DNA of 64,000 nt from Candidatus Woesearchaeota archaeon (lineage in GTDB: Archaea > Nanobdellota > Nanobdellia > Woesearchaeales > UBA10216), in NCBI GenBank assembly GCA_016192905.1, contig JACPTG010000001.1, forward strand, positions 101,005 through 165,004. Reading direction: 5' to 3'. The notes beneath the pieces were generated by a model. It made no database searches. It saw only the letters and a program-made list of their open reading frames with translations, and had not been told where the DNA came from. Below, piece by piece: positions 18,916 through 28,496 of the stretch. Both the position numbers and the translations under genes were made by a program. Each line of letters begins with the position of its first letter. Positions within the stretch are counted from its first letter, which is position 1.

Positions 18916-19386
18916 CTATACTTCAGCCAGGATAACAGCAGTCTGGGTGCGGTCAACGCCCTCTAAGTTTCGCAGGTATTTTGTAACGAACTCGCTGAGC
19001 TCGTCAACGCCTGATGCCCTGACCAGGATTATGATATCGCTGGTTCCGGTCACCATGCTGGCAGCCTCCACCAGCCTGTGGGCCCGGATTTTTTTCGCCA
19101 ATTCGTATTGAGTTGTCTTGAGCTCCTTAAGCAGTTTATAGTCAACGGTGATAAGAATAAAGGCGGCCACAGCCTTGCCTATCTTTTTGTTGTCAAGAAT
19201 TATTGTATAAGCCTTAATTACTCCTGCCTTCTGAAGCTTCCTTATCCTGTTATGTACAGTTGTAATCGGGATTCCGGTCTTTTTTGAAATTTGCTGGGTT
19301 GAAAGCTTTGCATCCTGCCTCAGGACAGAGATGATGGACGTGTCCTTGCTGTCCAGGGCGGCAATTGCTTCAGTGTTTTTGGCCAT
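18916..19386 (-). CDS. Lrp/AsnC family regulator
   Basis: LDSKD, TVHNRIRKL..GVIK, VTGTSD. Confidence 0.95.
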   Translation of the reverse strand: MAKNTEAIAALDSKDTSIISVLRQDAKLSTQQISKKTGIPITTVHNRIRKLQKAGVIKAYTIILDNKKIGKAVAAFILITVDYKLLKELKTTQYELAKKIRAHRLVEAASMVTGTSDIIILVRASGVDELSEFVTKYLRNLEGVDRTQTAVILAEV

Positions 19387-19490
19387 TTTGGAATGATATT
19401 CCAATTTGATTAAAAATTTTGCCATAATTAGCAGTTTTTTCCATAAAAAACGGAATAAAATTATAAGCAACAGGCACTTCGCTTTTTAGC

Positions 19491-20006
19491 ATGGGGCTGG
19501 TCAGGGTTTTGGTTACAGGCGGCACTTTTGACAAGGTCTACAATCCAGTAAGTGAATCGCTTGAGTTCACCGAGACCCATGTCCCTGAAATGCTAAGGGT
19601 GGGCAGGGTGGCTGCAGATGTAAAGGTTGAAGTCCTGATGCTCATAGACAGCCTGCATATGACCGGACAGGACAGGGAGAATATACGTAAAAGATGCCTG
19701 GCTTCAATTGAGGACAGGTTGGTCATCACGCATGGCACTGGAACAATGCTTGAAACTGCTGCCTTGCTTGGGCGTGACGAAGGCCTGGCCCGCAAAACCA
19801 TGGTCCTCGCCGGGGCAGCCTTGCCATATTCAGTGGCTGAATCTGACGCCCTGTTTAATTTCGCCGGAGCATATTATGCTGCCCTGTGCCTTGCACCGGG
19901 AGTTTATATAACCATGAACTGGCTTGTTCTTCCTTGGAACAATGCAGGAAAAAATGCAGAAAAGTGCTCATTTGAAGCAGCCAATCCATTTGCTAAACAG
20001 ACTTAA
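19491..20006 (+). CDS. single-domain asparaginase-family protein
   Basis: TGGTFDK, IDSLHM, ITHGTGTM. Confidence 0.88.
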   Translation: MGLVRVLVTGGTFDKVYNPVSESLEFTETHVPEMLRVGRVAADVKVEVLMLIDSLHMTGQDRENIRKRCLASIEDRLVITHGTGTMLETAALLGRDEGLARKTMVLAGAALPYSVAESDALFNFAGAYYAALCLAPGVYITMNWLVLPWNNAGKNAEKCSFEAANPFAKQT

Positions 20007-20448
20007 GCACAACAGCAGTCTCTGTCTTGTCAATGCCCTGGATGCTTCTCAGGTAGCGAATCACAAAATGATTGAGGTCTGAAATGCTTGCAGCCCTGAC
20101 CCTTACAATCAAATCCCTGGTTCCGGTCACTATGCTCACTTCCTCCACAAGCTCATTCTTTGCCACCCGCTTTGCCAGCTGCTCCTGGTCAATCACATGG
20201 CCTCCCGGAAGGTGGTACATGACAGATATCAGGACATAAGCCGCTATGCTGCCCACAAGCTCGGTGTCAACAACTGCCTGGTAACCCTTGATGATTCCCA
20301 TGCGCTCAAGCTTCTTCATCCTGTTGTGGACTGTGGATATGGGAATGCCTGTCTTCTTCGCAATCTGCTGCGTCGAATACCTGCCGTACTTTGTCAGCAC
20401 ATCAAGCACCTTAAAGTCCTTGTCGTCGACCTTTTTCATTTTTACCAA
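19993..20448 (-). CDS. Lrp/AsnC family regulator
   Basis: Paralog of 18916-19386: STVHNRMKKL, VTGTRD. Confidence 0.95.
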   Translation of the reverse strand: MVKMKKVDDKDFKVLDVLTKYGRYSTQQIAKKTGIPISTVHNRMKKLERMGIIKGYQAVVDTELVGSIAAYVLISVMYHLPGGHVIDQEQLAKRVAKNELVEEVSIVTGTRDLIVRVRAASISDLNHFVIRYLRSIQGIDKTETAVVLKSV

Positions 20449-20548
20449 ACCTTATTGGATGGGCATCCGAGATTATATTTAAATCTTGCCATTTCATGCA
20501 ATAAAACCAGGATAAGTATTTGAAGAAACGGATAGTTACACAGTAGTA

Positions 20549-20926
20549 ATGACGAATCATGACACGCATGAAGTAAGCCTGGAAGAATTTTACCAGCGCG
20601 AAGGCCGCAAGCTGGTTTTTGGAAACTCGCTGGATGCAATAACGCATGCACAATCGCTTGGCTACTCAATAAGCAGAGAATCATTGGCAAAGGAAGCCGA
20701 GATTCACGATTTTTACGACGCGTATGAAATTGCAGCAAGGCTCTATGAGCTTGCAGGACAGCCGGACCAGTCGATACTTGTCCTGGAATCAGGCATATAC
20801 AGCTGGCCCCTGGCGGTTGATGGCAGGGTGGCAGCGATGGCTCTGGAAGGCTCAAGGCTGGCTATGGAGCTATCACAGGGTAGCAGAGCATTGAAATACT
20901 CGAACTGGCTGGAGGCAAGCTGCTGA
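20549..20926 (+). CDS. hypothetical protein
   Basis: 125-aa helical ORF. Confidence 0.55.
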   Translation: MTNHDTHEVSLEEFYQREGRKLVFGNSLDAITHAQSLGYSISRESLAKEAEIHDFYDAYEIAARLYELAGQPDQSILVLESGIYSWPLAVDGRVAAMALEGSRLAMELSQGSRALKYSNWLEASC

Positions 20927-20980
20927 GGTGCCAGGCTTATCCACAAGTTCAGGAGATGCTGGCAAGAATAGCCGGCTGCC

Positions 20981-21355
20981 ATGAAACAATACAAGGGCAA
21001 AATGACAGAACAGACTGAAACAGCCATATACCGGGGAAGTGCTGTGGGCCAATACCTGCCCCCAAACTTTGCAAGGCTCATCAAGTCAATGGACTGGGGC
21101 TCTGATGTAAAGCAGTTGCCAGGAATCGACGAATCTGAGCAAAAGGAAACAGAAAGCGGCACAATCAACTACCTAAGCAAACGAACCCATCAATGGCGGA
21201 TTGGCGATTGCACAGTAACCCAGACAACTGCTTACAGCCTTACCTGGCGGAACGAACTTTGCATAAATAGCACTGAAATAAAGGTGTCAGGGCCGCAAGG
21301 CGAGCTGGAAAGGATTATCGCTGCTCTCAGAGAGCTTAATCTAGGCTTGGAATAA
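20981..21355 (+). CDS. hypothetical protein
   Basis: 124-aa ORF. Confidence 0.55.
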   Translation: MKQYKGKMTEQTETAIYRGSAVGQYLPPNFARLIKSMDWGSDVKQLPGIDESEQKETESGTINYLSKRTHQWRIGDCTVTQTTAYSLTWRNELCINSTEIKVSGPQGELERIIAALRELNLGLE

Positions 21356-21387
21356 CTTTTTATATCCCGCTGCTGGCTGCCGAACTT

Positions 21388-21873
21388 GTGAAACTCCTAG
21401 AAGTGATAGCAAAGCTGGAGAAAAGCGCCGAGTTCCTGGTATGGAAGGGGCACAGCCACAGCTTCCTCATGTCTGTCTTCACAATGTACGAGCAGGAGCC
21501 GGATGAGTGGCTTGTAAGCTACTTTGACCCTGAGACACGTGGAGTTACGACGTTCCAGGTTGATGCTGAAAGCTGCCACAGGAAGGAGGAGAATAAGGTT
21601 GAGAACCCTGTAAAGGAGCTTAACATAAGGAAGCCGAACATTGAGATGGAGCAGGCAGTTGCCACTGCAGTGCAGGAGTATGAAAAGAAAGTGGCCCAGA
21701 AGTCTGTCAAGACAATAGCAATACTTCAGAACATAGACGAAGGCCAGGTATGGAACATTAGCCTGATGGCAGCCAACTTCAGCATATTCAACTGCCGCAT
21801 TGATTCTGAGACAGGAAAGGTGTCAAGCAGCACCTTTGGGCAGCTGTTCAGCCAAAGCAGTAAAGGGGTGTAA
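21388..21873 (+). CDS. hypothetical protein (PepSY-like fold possible)
   Basis: W.VSYFDP, ILQN..VWNI, IDSETGKV. Confidence 0.65.
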   Translation: MKLLEVIAKLEKSAEFLVWKGHSHSFLMSVFTMYEQEPDEWLVSYFDPETRGVTTFQVDAESCHRKEENKVENPVKELNIRKPNIEMEQAVATAVQEYEKKVAQKSVKTIAILQNIDEGQVWNISLMAANFSIFNCRIDSETGKVSSSTFGQLFSQSSKGV

Positions 21874-21960
21874 GGTCGTGCATTACTTACCTGATTTTTG
21901 GTAGCAGGCTGACTCTTCGTGAACGGTAAAAGGGCGCAAAGGCGATGCGTATTCACAGGG

Positions 21961-22069
21961 AAGGCGTTAACATTGAAAATGCGTACACGAAGCCAAGCAG
22001 TACGCTTACCAACCTCCTGAAAGGGCAGCTGAATCAAAGCAGGAACATCCTGCTACGTATCATTATTAC
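21961..22069 (-). repeat. dispersed structured intergenic element, copy B
   Basis: Plus strand has CACGAAGCCAA, GTAC and AAAGCAGGAACA.CCTGC, as in the reverse complement of copy A. Confidence 0.7.
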
Positions 22070-22286
22070 AGTCAACGAACCTTAAGTTCATGTCTTTTGT
22101 CATAATCGTTTGGATAGAATAGTTTAGAACTATATTTTCCAATTCAGCCAAGCTTAAATATAACCTTCCTCAAGAAAGACCGTTCAAAAAAAAAAGGTGA
22201 TGAAAAATGCCCGTAAGCTACAAGACATCAAAAGCCCACAGAAAGCTGTCTGAAATTCTCGAAGTAAAGGAAGAGGAAACCGAAAG

Positions 22287-22991
22287 CTAAGATTTCCTAA
22301 CCAGCCCCTCCCATGCTGCGACAGCCTGGTTCACTGTATCTTCAGGCGAAAGGTCTGCATCAACATAAGCAACCCTTGAGCCTCCCTTCTCAAAAAGGGC
22401 CTTAAGCCATTCGCTGCCATACCTGTCAGCAAGCTTTCTCTGGAAGGCCAGGTTGTCAAAGATTGAGTTGTCCTTCTTGTCCCTGTGCTGAAGCCGCTGG
22501 ACAGCGTTCTCCGGGCTTGCCTTCAGTATCAGGAGCAGGTCAGGGCAGTACTGCATGGCCAGCCGGTTCCCAGGCAGCTTAAGCAGCTCGCTAAGCTGGA
22601 TATGCTCCTGGACAGGCTGATAGACAAAGCTCGTCACCATGCCCCGCTCCTGGAATACATGCTTGCCTGCTGAAAGGGCAGGGACAATAACCCTCTTGTA
22701 CAGGATTTCCCTGTCCAGTGAGAAGGCATAAGCGAGTGTCATGGCAGAGTACTTCCTGTTGTTCTCCCTCACCAGCTCTTCCCGGATTGCCTTCCCAACC
22801 AGGAAGAAGGTCGGCTCGGCTGAAACAATTACGTCATAATCCTCCAGGTCCTCTGGCTCAGGGAACTCGTCAGCCTTCCTGATGTCAAAGACCCTCAGCT
22901 TGTTCTGAGAAGCCCACTCAGCCAGGGCGCCAACAACCACTCCCTTCCCAGAGCCGTCCAGGCCATCAGCCATGACGAACTTGCCTTTCAT
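22287..22991 (-). CDS. tmk: thymidylate kinase
   Basis: DGLDGSGKG P-loop, AEPT, ERG..SFVYQ, PDL. Confidence 0.9.
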   Translation of the reverse strand: MKGKFVMADGLDGSGKGVVVGALAEWASQNKLRVFDIRKADEFPEPEDLEDYDVIVSAEPTFFLVGKAIREELVRENNRKYSAMTLAYAFSLDREILYKRVIVPALSAGKHVFQERGMVTSFVYQPVQEHIQLSELLKLPGNRLAMQYCPDLLLILKASPENAVQRLQHRDKKDNSIFDNLAFQRKLADRYGSEWLKALFEKGGSRVAYVDADLSPEDTVNQAVAAWEGLVRKS

Positions 22992-23172
22992 GCTGCCTTA
23001 AAGGCCGGGTGAATTATATAAAGGTGTTGCAAAGGCGGCATGAGTAAATACTTGCCTGTTATCCAGCGATAGTGCCAACAACAACATTTAAGCGCACTCC
23101 ATCAAAGACGACCATTTCAATGTAATTTCTTAGTAGTAAAAATAAAAAGATTGATTAGGCGGATTTAGCTTA

Positions 23173-24813
23173 TTATGGCATTGTAATCCTGCTGTAGAAG
23201 GCGGGCAGCTTCAGCGGAAGCTCCCTGACAGAAGGAAGAATAATGTAGTTCTCCCCGCACATCCTGCCGATATATTCAGGCGCGGACTCGTCTATGGTAA
23301 TGCAAAAGGGGTGGATTCCGGACCTCCTGGCTTCCAAAAACGACATTCTCGTGTCCTCTATCGCCTGCTCGTAGTTATACCCGACCGCCGAAGGCCTACC
23401 ATCGCTTATCAAAATCAGCACCTTTGTCTTTTCCTCTCTTTGCGAAAGCTTGTGGGTTGCATGCCGCACCGCGGCCCCTATCCTTGTACTTCCGCCTGCG
23501 CATATGCTTTCAAACCTGGACTTAACAGCTGCCAATTTTTCACCGAAGTCCTTTGCAATATAGAAGCTTATGCTTCTTTCAAAGTATATGGGGCTGTCAA
23601 AGGCGAAAATGCCGTAAGAATCGCCCAATTCCTCCAGGCCGCTTGCGAGGAGTACCAGCGTATTCTTCCCTGTATTGAGGACTTCCCCCTCTGTGCTGCC
23701 GCTGCAGTCAAGCAAAAATGCGGCTGCAACGCTTCGCTCAGTCTTCCTCGTTTTGACATATAGCTGGTCTGATGGGCTTGCTTTGGCAGCCCTGTCAACA
23801 AAATAGCCCACAGCCGCATCCAGATCAAGCTCATCACCATCACTCTGGCCCTTCAGACGCCTGAAGCCTTCCGGCCGCATGCGCCTGAAAACGCTGGAGG
23901 CAATCCTGCACTCAAGGGAATACTTTTCAAGGGCGCTGGACCAAAAATTCGGGTCGCCGTCCTTTAGAACTACCTCATTAACACCAACCCAGCGGGGCTT
24001 ATAGCCATTTATTGCAATGCTCCACTCGGGATAGACAGGATTGTGGTTGGCAGTGGACTCTTCTGCGTTGTCTAACATCGCCCTTGTAAGCGGTGATGAG
24101 CCATGCAGTTTGTCCAGCAGGCCAAGCATGTCGTTTGGAGTAACGCCCCTTCTGTAAAGTTCCTTCAGTTCTGAAAGGACTTCTTTTGGATTCCTTCCTG
24201 TCTTTCTGCCAATCTTCTTGGCAGCATTGACAAAATTGCCAACCATTTCATCAAATTTATCAGGCTCCATTAAGGGCGAATATGGCTCAGGAAGCCCGGA
24301 ATCGGGATTTGGCTCCGCGCCCTGCTTCCCCTTTTCACCATTCAGGCTGGAACCTGCCCTGCGCCTTTGTTCGGCTCTCCTATGCTGCAAGGTTTCCTTT
24401 TTCCGGCTTTCTGGGATTCCAACCCTGTCATCAATGAAAACGTAAAGCCTGGCGCCTGCCTCGATTGCGTCATGCACATCGCTGTTCAATCCAATTCCCC
24501 GGGCAAGGCCTACTCCGTATTCAACAATCTCCTCAAGCGATTCAGGCACAGGCTCCTTGAGGCCATTCATCAGCACGATTTGGCCGATGCATTCAATCGC
24601 CTGCCCAAATAGGGGGTAAAGCAAAAGGCTCTTGCGGCGCGAAAGATGAAAAGCATTCTGCTCATCCAGCAGCTCCCCCAAAGCAGGGTAATCACTCCTC
24701 ATCATCAACTCTATCCTGTAATCCTCAAATATGTTCGCCAGAAATCCAGCTGTATCAGGATTTGGAAACAAGCCGAGGAACTTTAACAAATCCGGAATGT
24801 CATCGCTTGGCAT
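23173..24813 (-). CDS. VWA protein, NorD/CbbO-like C-terminal part
   Basis: YPEW, DGDELDLDAAV, MIDAS DCSGS, TRIGAAVRHA, SDGRP, PFCITID. Confidence 0.9.
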   Translation of the reverse strand: MPSDDIPDLLKFLGLFPNPDTAGFLANIFEDYRIELMMRSDYPALGELLDEQNAFHLSRRKSLLLYPLFGQAIECIGQIVLMNGLKEPVPESLEEIVEYGVGLARGIGLNSDVHDAIEAGARLYVFIDDRVGIPESRKKETLQHRRAEQRRRAGSSLNGEKGKQGAEPNPDSGLPEPYSPLMEPDKFDEMVGNFVNAAKKIGRKTGRNPKEVLSELKELYRRGVTPNDMLGLLDKLHGSSPLTRAMLDNAEESTANHNPVYPEWSIAINGYKPRWVGVNEVVLKDGDPNFWSSALEKYSLECRIASSVFRRMRPEGFRRLKGQSDGDELDLDAAVGYFVDRAAKASPSDQLYVKTRKTERSVAAAFLLDCSGSTEGEVLNTGKNTLVLLASGLEELGDSYGIFAFDSPIYFERSISFYIAKDFGEKLAAVKSRFESICAGGSTRIGAAVRHATHKLSQREEKTKVLILISDGRPSAVGYNYEQAIEDTRMSFLEARRSGIHPFCITIDESAPEYIGRMCGENYIILPSVRELPLKLPAFYSRITMP

Positions 24814-26968
24814 AGCGCTCCCTCAGCATTTTAACGATGCTTCTCATTCTCCCCAATGAGAAGTCAAAGCTTCCATAAGCTATATGGGCGGCCTCATGGG
24901 TCCCCAACATTTTGTATTCAAGAAAATTTGCCGACCTTGAGCCCCAATAGCCAATTCTGGGGGGCAAATAAATTGTGAGGCCGTCAGTCCTTGGATTGCC
25001 CGGCTCCACCTGCGGAGAAAACCCCAGCAGGCCTGCAAGGTATCTTGAAAGAACAGGTCTGATGTACTCAAGGTACACAGCAGGCATCTTTTCCATCAAA
25101 TAACCCTGCATCTCAGTGCCGCTCTGCAAAAACCTTTTTGCAGTCTCAGGGTCCCTGGCTGCAATCTCAGCAACCTTTTTTCCGATCAAAACCATCCCTT
25201 CAACGGTATAGTTTTGGGTGAGGTCATAAGTTTTCTCTGCATAGGGCTCAGCAACATCCCTGCTGGCTCTGCAGACTTCAAGCACTGATTGGCAGGCATG
25301 CTGGAGTACATCCCCCTCCAGTGCATAAAGGCCCACTGCATTTCCAACCAGCCTTGCAGAAGCCTCATCACTAAAGCCCATAAGTGGATTCAATATGTCC
25401 ACAATGTTTTCCAGGGCTTCAACTCCGTGAATCTGGGACAGTTCAACAACATTCTTGGCAAGCTCGTGCGCTGTCTGGGGCGCCCTGCTGCTGATGCCTG
25501 CAATAAGCAACCCGACTTTTGCTGCAGCAGGGCCGCCGTACAATGAGATGAGCTGGCTGGCGTTCCGGATGAATGCTGATGCAACATCAACAGATTCAAT
25601 GCAGTATGCCATCTCCATTGCGGCTGTCAGGCCATTGAGCTGCTGCTCGTCTGCAATTGCGTTCAAATTCTCGGAATAGAGGCGCAAAAATTTAGGATTC
25701 CTTTCAGCAACAGACACTGCTTCCCCGACCATCCTCTCAAACAATCCACGGAACTTTTTCGTATGCCTGCGACCATTGAAAACCTCCCATAAGTGATTGC
25801 TCGCTACATGCGTCTGACTTCCTTCTGTGTGCAAACCAACAAGACGAACGTAGGCGTCCAAAGCTGGGAGCTGCATGGAATCTGCCATATCACGGGCAAG
25901 ACTCAATGCCCTGAGCAGGTCATGAGTTGAATAATCCTCCTTTGACTCAAACAGGCGAACAGGGTCTACTCCCCTCTTCTTGACAGCCCCTATCACAATA
26001 GGCACTGTCCTCACAAAGTAACTGAGAAACCTGTCAGAAGCCAGCCTTCTCGCAGCCTGGGCAAAAGCGCCATAGCCCTCACTGCCGTGATTGGCGACAA
26101 GTTTCCTGGCATGGTCAAGGAAATATGGCATATCACTGTTCCCGAGGAAGGAAAAATGGTCAGAGACAAAAGCCAACCCCGCTTTCAAATCAGTCTTTCC
26201 AATGAAGGCGGCGTCCGAAATCCTGCTGGCCCGCTGCTTCAGAATGTACGGGTCCTTTTCAGCAACATCCGCAGCGCGGTCAAGGTACTCCTGGAAAAGC
26301 TCCTCGCTAAATGCAATCTCAGGCAGCGCCATCATAATTTCAAGCCCGAACTGAATGTCAGCAGCGAAAATAGGAGTCAGCCGGGTGCACATATAGGCAA
26401 ACATTCCGGATTCAAGTTCGTTTGACAGCGCCACAACCGCGTCAATAAACTCAGCTTGGGAATTCCTTTGCATGGATATGCGCTGCATTATGAACTTCTG
26501 GGCGGCAAAATAGACATCTGTGCCCAGCCTGTCAATAAGGCTTTCTGAGCGCGACACCAGTCGCAATGCTGCCTTATGGTTTTCACAACCCAAAGCAACG
26601 ATGCCGTATCCGACCTGGCTGAAGTTCTCAAAGCCAACCTTTCCAATAAGCCCATGGGCATAATAAAGAAGGGCGACGGCTGAATATGGCTCAATCGCAC
26701 TCCATCGGTCTGCAAGTTCGTAAAGGGGACCAACCAATTCGCCAAGGCCTGCCCCCTTGCCAATCATAGACGGACTGTGCATAAGATAACTGGCTGCGGC
26801 ATTGGCGTCAACTGCGAGCAGACGCCTGGCAATGGCGGTCACATGCATAACAACAGACTCATCCAGCTCCATTACAGCAGGATAATGGGACTCGACAAGA
26901 AACTCAAGATTTCCGCCAGATGCGATCTCGGCAAAGGTGGACCGCAGGAAATCCTTGCCGACTGCCAT
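24800..26968 (-). CDS. alpha-helical repeat protein ending in a NorD/CbbO N-terminal domain
   Basis: Repeats of A..(F/L)..S..L; C-terminal TDGLTIYLP..NF..YK..HEAAH..GSF. Confidence 0.75.
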   Translation of the reverse strand: MAVGKDFLRSTFAEIASGGNLEFLVESHYPAVMELDESVVMHVTAIARRLLAVDANAAASYLMHSPSMIGKGAGLGELVGPLYELADRWSAIEPYSAVALLYYAHGLIGKVGFENFSQVGYGIVALGCENHKAALRLVSRSESLIDRLGTDVYFAAQKFIMQRISMQRNSQAEFIDAVVALSNELESGMFAYMCTRLTPIFAADIQFGLEIMMALPEIAFSEELFQEYLDRAADVAEKDPYILKQRASRISDAAFIGKTDLKAGLAFVSDHFSFLGNSDMPYFLDHARKLVANHGSEGYGAFAQAARRLASDRFLSYFVRTVPIVIGAVKKRGVDPVRLFESKEDYSTHDLLRALSLARDMADSMQLPALDAYVRLVGLHTEGSQTHVASNHLWEVFNGRRHTKKFRGLFERMVGEAVSVAERNPKFLRLYSENLNAIADEQQLNGLTAAMEMAYCIESVDVASAFIRNASQLISLYGGPAAAKVGLLIAGISSRAPQTAHELAKNVVELSQIHGVEALENIVDILNPLMGFSDEASARLVGNAVGLYALEGDVLQHACQSVLEVCRASRDVAEPYAEKTYDLTQNYTVEGMVLIGKKVAEIAARDPETAKRFLQSGTEMQGYLMEKMPAVYLEYIRPVLSRYLAGLLGFSPQVEPGNPRTDGLTIYLPPRIGYWGSRSANFLEYKMLGTHEAAHIAYGSFDFSLGRMRSIVKMLRERYAKR

Positions 26969-26971
26969 TGC

Positions 26972-27853
26972 TCACCTTACCCTGAAGTAATTGGCCAGCA
27001 GCTCTATGATACTTTGCTTCATGTCCGGCTCACTCGTAAGAGGCTCAACCATTGTGCTGAACAAGGCATCCCTTACTGGCACTCCCTTAACCAGAAGCTT
27101 TCCGGCGTAAACCAGCTCCCTTGTGGAGACGCCTTCCTCAAGGCCCTGCGTGACCAGGTTACGGATTTTTCCGGCAGCTTCAACCAAAAGCCTTGCAGTG
27201 GCCGCGTCAACACCGCTCTCATGCTCCAGAATCGTCTGCTCAAGGCCTGGAGGAGGCCATCCAAGCTCAACAGCCACGAACCGCTGCCTGGTGCTGGGCT
27301 TAAGCTCCTTAAGAACGCTTTGATAATGAGGGTTATAGCTGATAACCAGCATAAACTCAGGCGGAGCGTCAAAAGTCTCGTTAAGCTTGTCCACGGCAAG
27401 ATAACGCCTGTGGTCAGTCAAGGAATGAATGACAACAGTCACATCTTTCCTGGCCTCAACAGCCTCATCAAGGTAAGCTATGCCGCCCTTCTGGACAGCA
27501 GCCAGAACAGGCCCATTAATCCATATTACACTATCCCCCTTTATCAAATACCTGCCAATCAGATCAGAAGCACTCAAATCCTCATGGCAGCCCACTGGGA
27601 AAAGAGGCCTGCCGAACTGAAAAGCCATGTATTCAACAAGTCTCGTCTTCCCGCTTCCTGTAGGTCCCTTCAAAAGCACAGGAAGATGTTCCAAGTAAGC
27701 CGCACGCATAAGGGCGACTTCATTTCCCTGAGGCAAATAAAACGGCTCCCGCGCAATCCTGATGCCCTCATGCCCATAAGTCGCAGCCAACTCAACCATT
27801 TTAACCCCTGTTATCCTTCCACGCGGTATATTCCCATTCAGGGATTCAACCAT
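26972..27853 (-). CDS. CbbQ/NirQ/NorQ MoxR-type AAA+ ATPase
   Basis: LKGPTGSGKT, CHEDL, YLDEAVEARKD, SYNP, LKPSTRQRF. Confidence 0.96.
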   Translation of the reverse strand: MVESLNGNIPRGRITGVKMVELAATYGHEGIRIAREPFYLPQGNEVALMRAAYLEHLPVLLKGPTGSGKTRLVEYMAFQFGRPLFPVGCHEDLSASDLIGRYLIKGDSVIWINGPVLAAVQKGGIAYLDEAVEARKDVTVVIHSLTDHRRYLAVDKLNETFDAPPEFMLVISYNPHYQSVLKELKPSTRQRFVAVELGWPPPGLEQTILEHESGVDAATARLLVEAAGKIRNLVTQGLEEGVSTRELVYAGKLLVKGVPVRDALFSTMVEPLTSEPDMKQSIIELLANYFRVR

Positions 27854-27961
27854 CCGGAAGGCGGGAAATAAAGCCCATATAAAAAATTTTCGTCCTTCTT
27901 TAATGGTCACTTCGGCGACACAACCGCCCACGATTTGTAACCATCACACAGTAGTTATTAA

Positions 27962-28231
27962 ATGGAAAGTTTTTATAAATGGCTGCCTGTTCGGAATTCT
28001 TATGGCAGGCAACTCAGGTCCATTATGCCCAACAAACTGTTTGGAAGGGCACCAACCCCAGATGAGCTGCTGATGGGCAGCATACTCCAGCAGTATGGTA
28101 TCACTTACGGGCAGTTTTCAGCAGCAAAAGTTGCAAGCGAATCAAACCTCATGGAAGAATCTGCGAGGCAATACCATGCCATCAACAGCAGAAGAAAACT
28201 GGAAGGCCTCCCCACAATCAGGATATTGTAA
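27962..28231 (+). CDS. hypothetical protein
   Basis: Short ORF. Confidence 0.4.
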   Translation: MESFYKWLPVRNSYGRQLRSIMPNKLFGRAPTPDELLMGSILQQYGITYGQFSAAKVASESNLMEESARQYHAINSRRKLEGLPTIRIL

Positions 28232-28280
28232 GTACAGCTTAGTGCTGTAAACCTTTAAATACAGGCCATGCATTGTGCGT

Positions 28281-28496
28281 ATGATGAAATACAGAATTGT
28301 AATCTCGCAGGATGAGGATGGAAATTACGTTGCAGAATGCCCGTCCCTGCCAGGGTGCCTGTCGCAGGGAAAAACCAGGAAGGAGGCAGTTGAGAATATT
28401 AAGGATGCCCTGCAGGGGTACATTGCAAGCCTCAGGAAGCACCAGGAACCGATACCGCCACCAATTGAAGAGGAAGTGATTGAGATAAGTGCCTAA
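28281..28496 (+). CDS. hicB: HicB family antitoxin
   Basis: EDGNYVAECPSLPGCLSQGKTRKEAVENIKDA. Confidence 0.93.
   Translation: MMKYRIVISQDEDGNYVAECPSLPGCLSQGKTRKEAVENIKDALQGYIASLRKHQEPIPPPIEEEVIEISA

Noticed and set aside
21961..22069. Twister or hammerhead ribozyme, 5S rRNA or SRP RNA identity for the repeat
   Set aside because: Only fragments such as UAAC and CCAAGC resemble them; the full conserved cores are absent
26777..27871. Long antisense ORFs (also 2742-3560 and 39391-40206)
   Set aside because: Shadows of well-supported genes on the opposite strand
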